Part shown: positions 60,874-64,000 of the stretch, in pieces
Layout: every line of letters begins with the position of its first letter
Position numbering within the stretch: the stretch's first letter is position 1
Origin: Clostridia bacterium
GTDB taxonomy: Bacteria > Bacillota > Clostridia > Monoglobales > Monoglobaceae
Length of the DNA stretch: 64,000 nt
Direction: 5' to 3'
Assembly: GCA_017409575.1 (NCBI GenBank)
Contig: JAFQSM010000099.1
Location: forward strand, 14,987 to 78,986
Translations under genes and position numbers: made by a program
Notes under the pieces: generated by a model
Seen by the model: the letters and a program-made list of their open reading frames with translations, nothing else
Told to the model about the DNA's origin: nothing
Database searches by the model: none

Positions 60874-61890
60874 TCATTTCATCTTGTTGCTACTATTTTT
60901 TCTCTGCTTCAACAAAAGAACTTTTGATGGAAAGAAGAAAAAATTCAAACACTTAACTTTCTTCGCAATTTTTGCTGACAATACCGAAAATACTAATCCG
61001 CAAGCAGTTCCCAAAAGAACATGAATCCACCACTGGTTTATATTCAAGCGAAGCAGGATTATTCTTATTCCTGCAGTAAATATGGTATGCAACAAATAAA
61101 TCTGAAAAGAATATTTGTTTATAAAATCGAGAAAACGAGCGATTATCTTACTGTTCTGGAGTATAGAAATAAACATAATACTTGAATATATTCCGAACAG
61201 TATCATTATTTCCTTTATGAATGGGGCTTCTATTTTGTTTAGTAAAACAAAAATGATACCTGTTACTATATGCAGTATCACAACCAGGCATTTAGCCCAG
61301 GTTGAAAGTTTAGTAAGGCTTTTAAAATCGATGCATGTGCCAATTCCAAAAGCAAGTGCCGAATAAAATACCACATCCAAACTTCCAAGCGGAATATCAA
61401 AAATCGGTGCTAAATAGCCTATTAAAACAGCTATAATTGTAATTTGCCAATTTTTTAATATCCCTGAAAAAGTTGTCCAGATACAAAACAAAAAGAATAG
61501 TGCATATAAGAACCAATATTGTGCAACAGGAGATTTCCATATATTCAGAATATCTGATGGTTCAAAACCGGTATTCGATTCTCCAACTAAACTGTTTATC
61601 AATACATATATAGCAGAAAAAACTATGTATGGAATAGCGAGATTGTAAAGCTTATAGAGAAGAAATCCACATTTGGTTTTTTTGTTTTTCCACTCTCCGG
61701 TAACTTTATACACAACACCGCTTAAAAACAGAAATAGTGAAACATGGAAAGACCATATAAACTTTTCCATTCCCCCAAAAAACTCAGGGATATGTATGCC
61801 TCCAAGTCTTATTCCCATAATAACATGGCCACACAAAACCAAAAAACAAGCATATCCTTTCAGCCTGTCAACCAGTACATTTCTTTCCAT
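60874..61890 (-). CDS. Acyltransferase 3 family membrane protein (O-acyltransferase of glycans)
   Basis: Start trimmed to MERNVLVDRLKGYACFLVLCGH (typical acyl_transf_3 N-terminus with a conserved His) after AAGGAGGTG. About 10 TM helices. Confidence 0.8.
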   Translation of the reverse strand: MERNVLVDRLKGYACFLVLCGHVIMGIRLGGIHIPEFFGGMEKFIWSFHVSLFLFLSGVVYKVTGEWKNKKTKCGFLLYKLYNLAIPYIVFSAIYVLINSLVGESNTGFEPSDILNIWKSPVAQYWFLYALFFLFCIWTTFSGILKNWQITIIAVLIGYLAPIFDIPLGSLDVVFYSALAFGIGTCIDFKSLTKLSTWAKCLVVILHIVTGIIFVLLNKIEAPFIKEIMILFGIYSSIMFISILQNSKIIARFLDFINKYSFQIYLLHTIFTAGIRIILLRLNINQWWIHVLLGTACGLVFSVLSAKIAKKVKCLNFFFFPSKVLLLKQRKNSSNKMK

Positions 61891-61907
61891 ATTCCACCTC
61901 CTTAAAT

Positions 61908-62837
61908 TCATTTTACCTTTTCCTTGCTTCTGCAAGCTGCAGAAACAATATATTTCGGTCTTCCTTTAATTTCATCATAAATACGGGCAACATAATATCC
62001 GATAATACCAAGACTTATCATCATAATACTTCCTATAAATATCAGGATAATTATAACAGTTGTCATACCTTCAAGTGCAATGCCACGGATTTTATCAACA
62101 AGTGCCCAAATGCTGAAAACAGCAGTAATAATAAGCATCATAACGCCAAGCACGGTTACAATCTGCATCGGCGCTGTTGAATAGGCAGAAATGTTTGAAA
62201 CGGCATATTTCAAAAGGCCTATGGCAGACCATTTTGATTCACCCTCTAATCTTTCGTTAACCTCAAACTCAACCGTTGTTTTGTTAAATCCTACCCAAAA
62301 TGAAATTGCTCTGAAGAAGCCCTTTCTTTCAGGAATTCTGTTGAGTATATCTACAACTTTGCGGTCAAGCAGTTTAAAATCAGAAGCGTTTGACATATCA
62401 AACCCTACTACCGAACTGATAATTGAATAAAAACTTCTTGCAGCAAAACCATGCATTTTGCTTTCTTTGCCTCGTGTTTTTTTTATGCCCTCAACAATTT
62501 CATATCCTTCCTGCCACAAACGATACATTTCCACAATTTTCTCAGGAGGGTGCTGAAGGTCGCAATCAATTACTACAACTGCATCTCCTTTGGCACTTGC
62601 AAGTCCTGCCGATATGGCTGCTTCTTTCCCAAAATTTCTTGAAAAATGAAGTCCATGTATATTTTTTTCTTTATCGGCTAAATTCTTTATTTTCCCATAT
62701 GTAGTATCCGCAGAGCCATCATCAATAAAAATAATTTCATTGTCAATCTGAGCTTTTTCTAAAATCTCCGATATCGTATAATATGCTCTTTCCACGGATA
62801 ATTCCTCATTATATGCAGGAATAATTACGGACAGCAT
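61908..62837 (-). CDS. Family-2 glycosyltransferase, GtrB/polyprenyl-phosphate glycosyltransferase type
   Basis: 309 aa, LSVIIPAYNEE, FIDDGSAD, DCDLQHPP, and two C-terminal TM helices. Confidence 0.85.
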   Translation of the reverse strand: MLSVIIPAYNEELSVERAYYTISEILEKAQIDNEIIFIDDGSADTTYGKIKNLADKEKNIHGLHFSRNFGKEAAISAGLASAKGDAVVVIDCDLQHPPEKIVEMYRLWQEGYEIVEGIKKTRGKESKMHGFAARSFYSIISSVVGFDMSNASDFKLLDRKVVDILNRIPERKGFFRAISFWVGFNKTTVEFEVNERLEGESKWSAIGLLKYAVSNISAYSTAPMQIVTVLGVMMLIITAVFSIWALVDKIRGIALEGMTTVIIILIFIGSIMMISLGIIGYYVARIYDEIKGRPKYIVSAACRSKEKVK

Positions 62838-63962
62838 TTAAACACCCCCTGAATTTTCATTAAAAACTTTCTCAAGCTGAGCCACCGGCATAGGTCTGTA
62901 ATAATAATAACCCTGAAGGAGATCACAACCTGCTTTTATCACCGCTTCTTCTTGCTCTTTCGTTTCAATTCCTTCGCATAATGTCTTAAAACCAATATCC
63001 CCGGCAGTACGGATAATATTTTTCAAAATGATAAATCCTGTATCGGTAACCGAATTATGTGTTATTGATTTATCAATCTTCACAACAGAAATATCAAGAT
63101 TTTGCAAATCACCAAAGGTTGTATATCCACTTCCAAAATCATCAAGAAAGATAGACATGCCTTTTTCTTTAAGAACTGCTAAATTATTTATCATTTGCGT
63201 TCTTTCTTCTCCGGTTATGTTTTTATCCTCTAATATTTCAACCGCCAGACACGAAAAATTCAAATCGTATTTTTGTGTGATAGCTATTATCTTCTCCGCA
63301 AACTGCGGTTCACACAATGTTGATCTTGAAAAATTGATGGTATATTTATAAGCTTCTCTTCGTTTTTTATCGTTTGAAATCCATTTGCAGTTTTTTTCAA
63401 AAATATAATAATCAAATTTATCACTGATTCCAACAGAATCCACCGCAGACAAAAAACTACCCGGTGTTAATACACCCTCGCTTTCTGAATTTAGGCGGGA
63501 CAGTACTTCAGCTCCTATTATTTTCTTTGTTTTTGCATCCAAAACAGGTTGATATTCAAGGAAGAAACGATTGTTATCAATTTCTTTTTCTATATTATTT
63601 TCTATTTTTATCTTTTTTTCAAGTGCCTTTCCGCCAGATACATTCCACTCAGCGTATGGAACATTTTCATTCTTCGCAAACAAATAAGCCTGTTTGGCAC
63701 GGCCTATTGCATCATCAAACGACACTTGTGTGCCAAACGCAAAATATACACCAATTCTGATGTCAATAATATTAAGCGCGCTGTGTTTTAAGAGACATTT
63801 GTTCAACTCACCAAAACAAGTTTCGATTTTTTTGCGCGCCTTTTCCATATTCCATTTTGAAAGAACAACAAAGTTTTTTTCTCCATATATGGCAATATTG
63901 CTGTCATCACCATCTGAGAAAGTTTCCAGCAAAACTATTTTTATTGCAGAAAAAACATTCAT
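62838..63962 (-). CDS. EAL-domain c-di-GMP phosphodiesterase with a degenerate GGDEF-like N-terminal domain
   Basis: 374 aa. EAL-domain motifs YQPV, EVLSR, DDFGSGYTT, KIDKS, EGIET, QGYYYYRP. Its stop TAA directly abuts the ATG of the GT2 gene. Confidence 0.85.
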   Translation of the reverse strand: MNVFSAIKIVLLETFSDGDDSNIAIYGEKNFVVLSKWNMEKARKKIETCFGELNKCLLKHSALNIIDIRIGVYFAFGTQVSFDDAIGRAKQAYLFAKNENVPYAEWNVSGGKALEKKIKIENNIEKEIDNNRFFLEYQPVLDAKTKKIIGAEVLSRLNSESEGVLTPGSFLSAVDSVGISDKFDYYIFEKNCKWISNDKKRREAYKYTINFSRSTLCEPQFAEKIIAITQKYDLNFSCLAVEILEDKNITGEERTQMINNLAVLKEKGMSIFLDDFGSGYTTFGDLQNLDISVVKIDKSITHNSVTDTGFIILKNIIRTAGDIGFKTLCEGIETKEQEEAVIKAGCDLLQGYYYYRPMPVAQLEKVFNENSGGV

Positions 63963-64000
63963 AGTCTGATGTGCTGAATAAAGACTTCTGAAATTGTCCA

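Overview
AT-rich (roughly 40% GC by eye, not computed) chromosomal segment from a Firmicutes/Clostridia-type organism, probably a spore-former (cotJABC, whiA, a sigG remnant, CIRCE-controlled groESL). Gene content is almost entirely housekeeping. It includes: ffh-ylxM-lgt; an M16 peptidase pair; cotJABC; nrdR; the complete rimP-nusA-ylxR-ylxQ-infB-rbfA-nrnA-truB-ribF operon; an orphan trpB; trkAH; folD; radA; carD-ispDF; groESL; an amino-acid ABC transporter; coaX; thiI/nifS; hpf; dnaE; whiA-murB-hprK; guaB; aroG; and three tRNAs. I see no transposase, integrase, CRISPR array, cas gene or recognisable defence system. Five signals stand out. (1) An array of three ~74-nt two-hairpin modules at 60289-60515, where both helices are rebuilt with compensatory changes. 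It lies in a ~630-nt intergenic region upstream of a DUF2500/Zn-ribbon/aroG operon. (2) A TRAP-like phased (G/U)AG array plus an intrinsic terminator in the leader of the orphan trpB. (3) A sigG gene whose 5' ~100 codons are missing at a sharp junction with eamA. (4) A riboswitch-like three-way junction plus competing terminator helix downstream of groEL. (5) An XRE/S24 LexA-like repressor that shares a repeated 12-mer operator with a divergent 42-aa membrane peptide. All calls rest on reading the sequence and recalling protein families. No database search was run.
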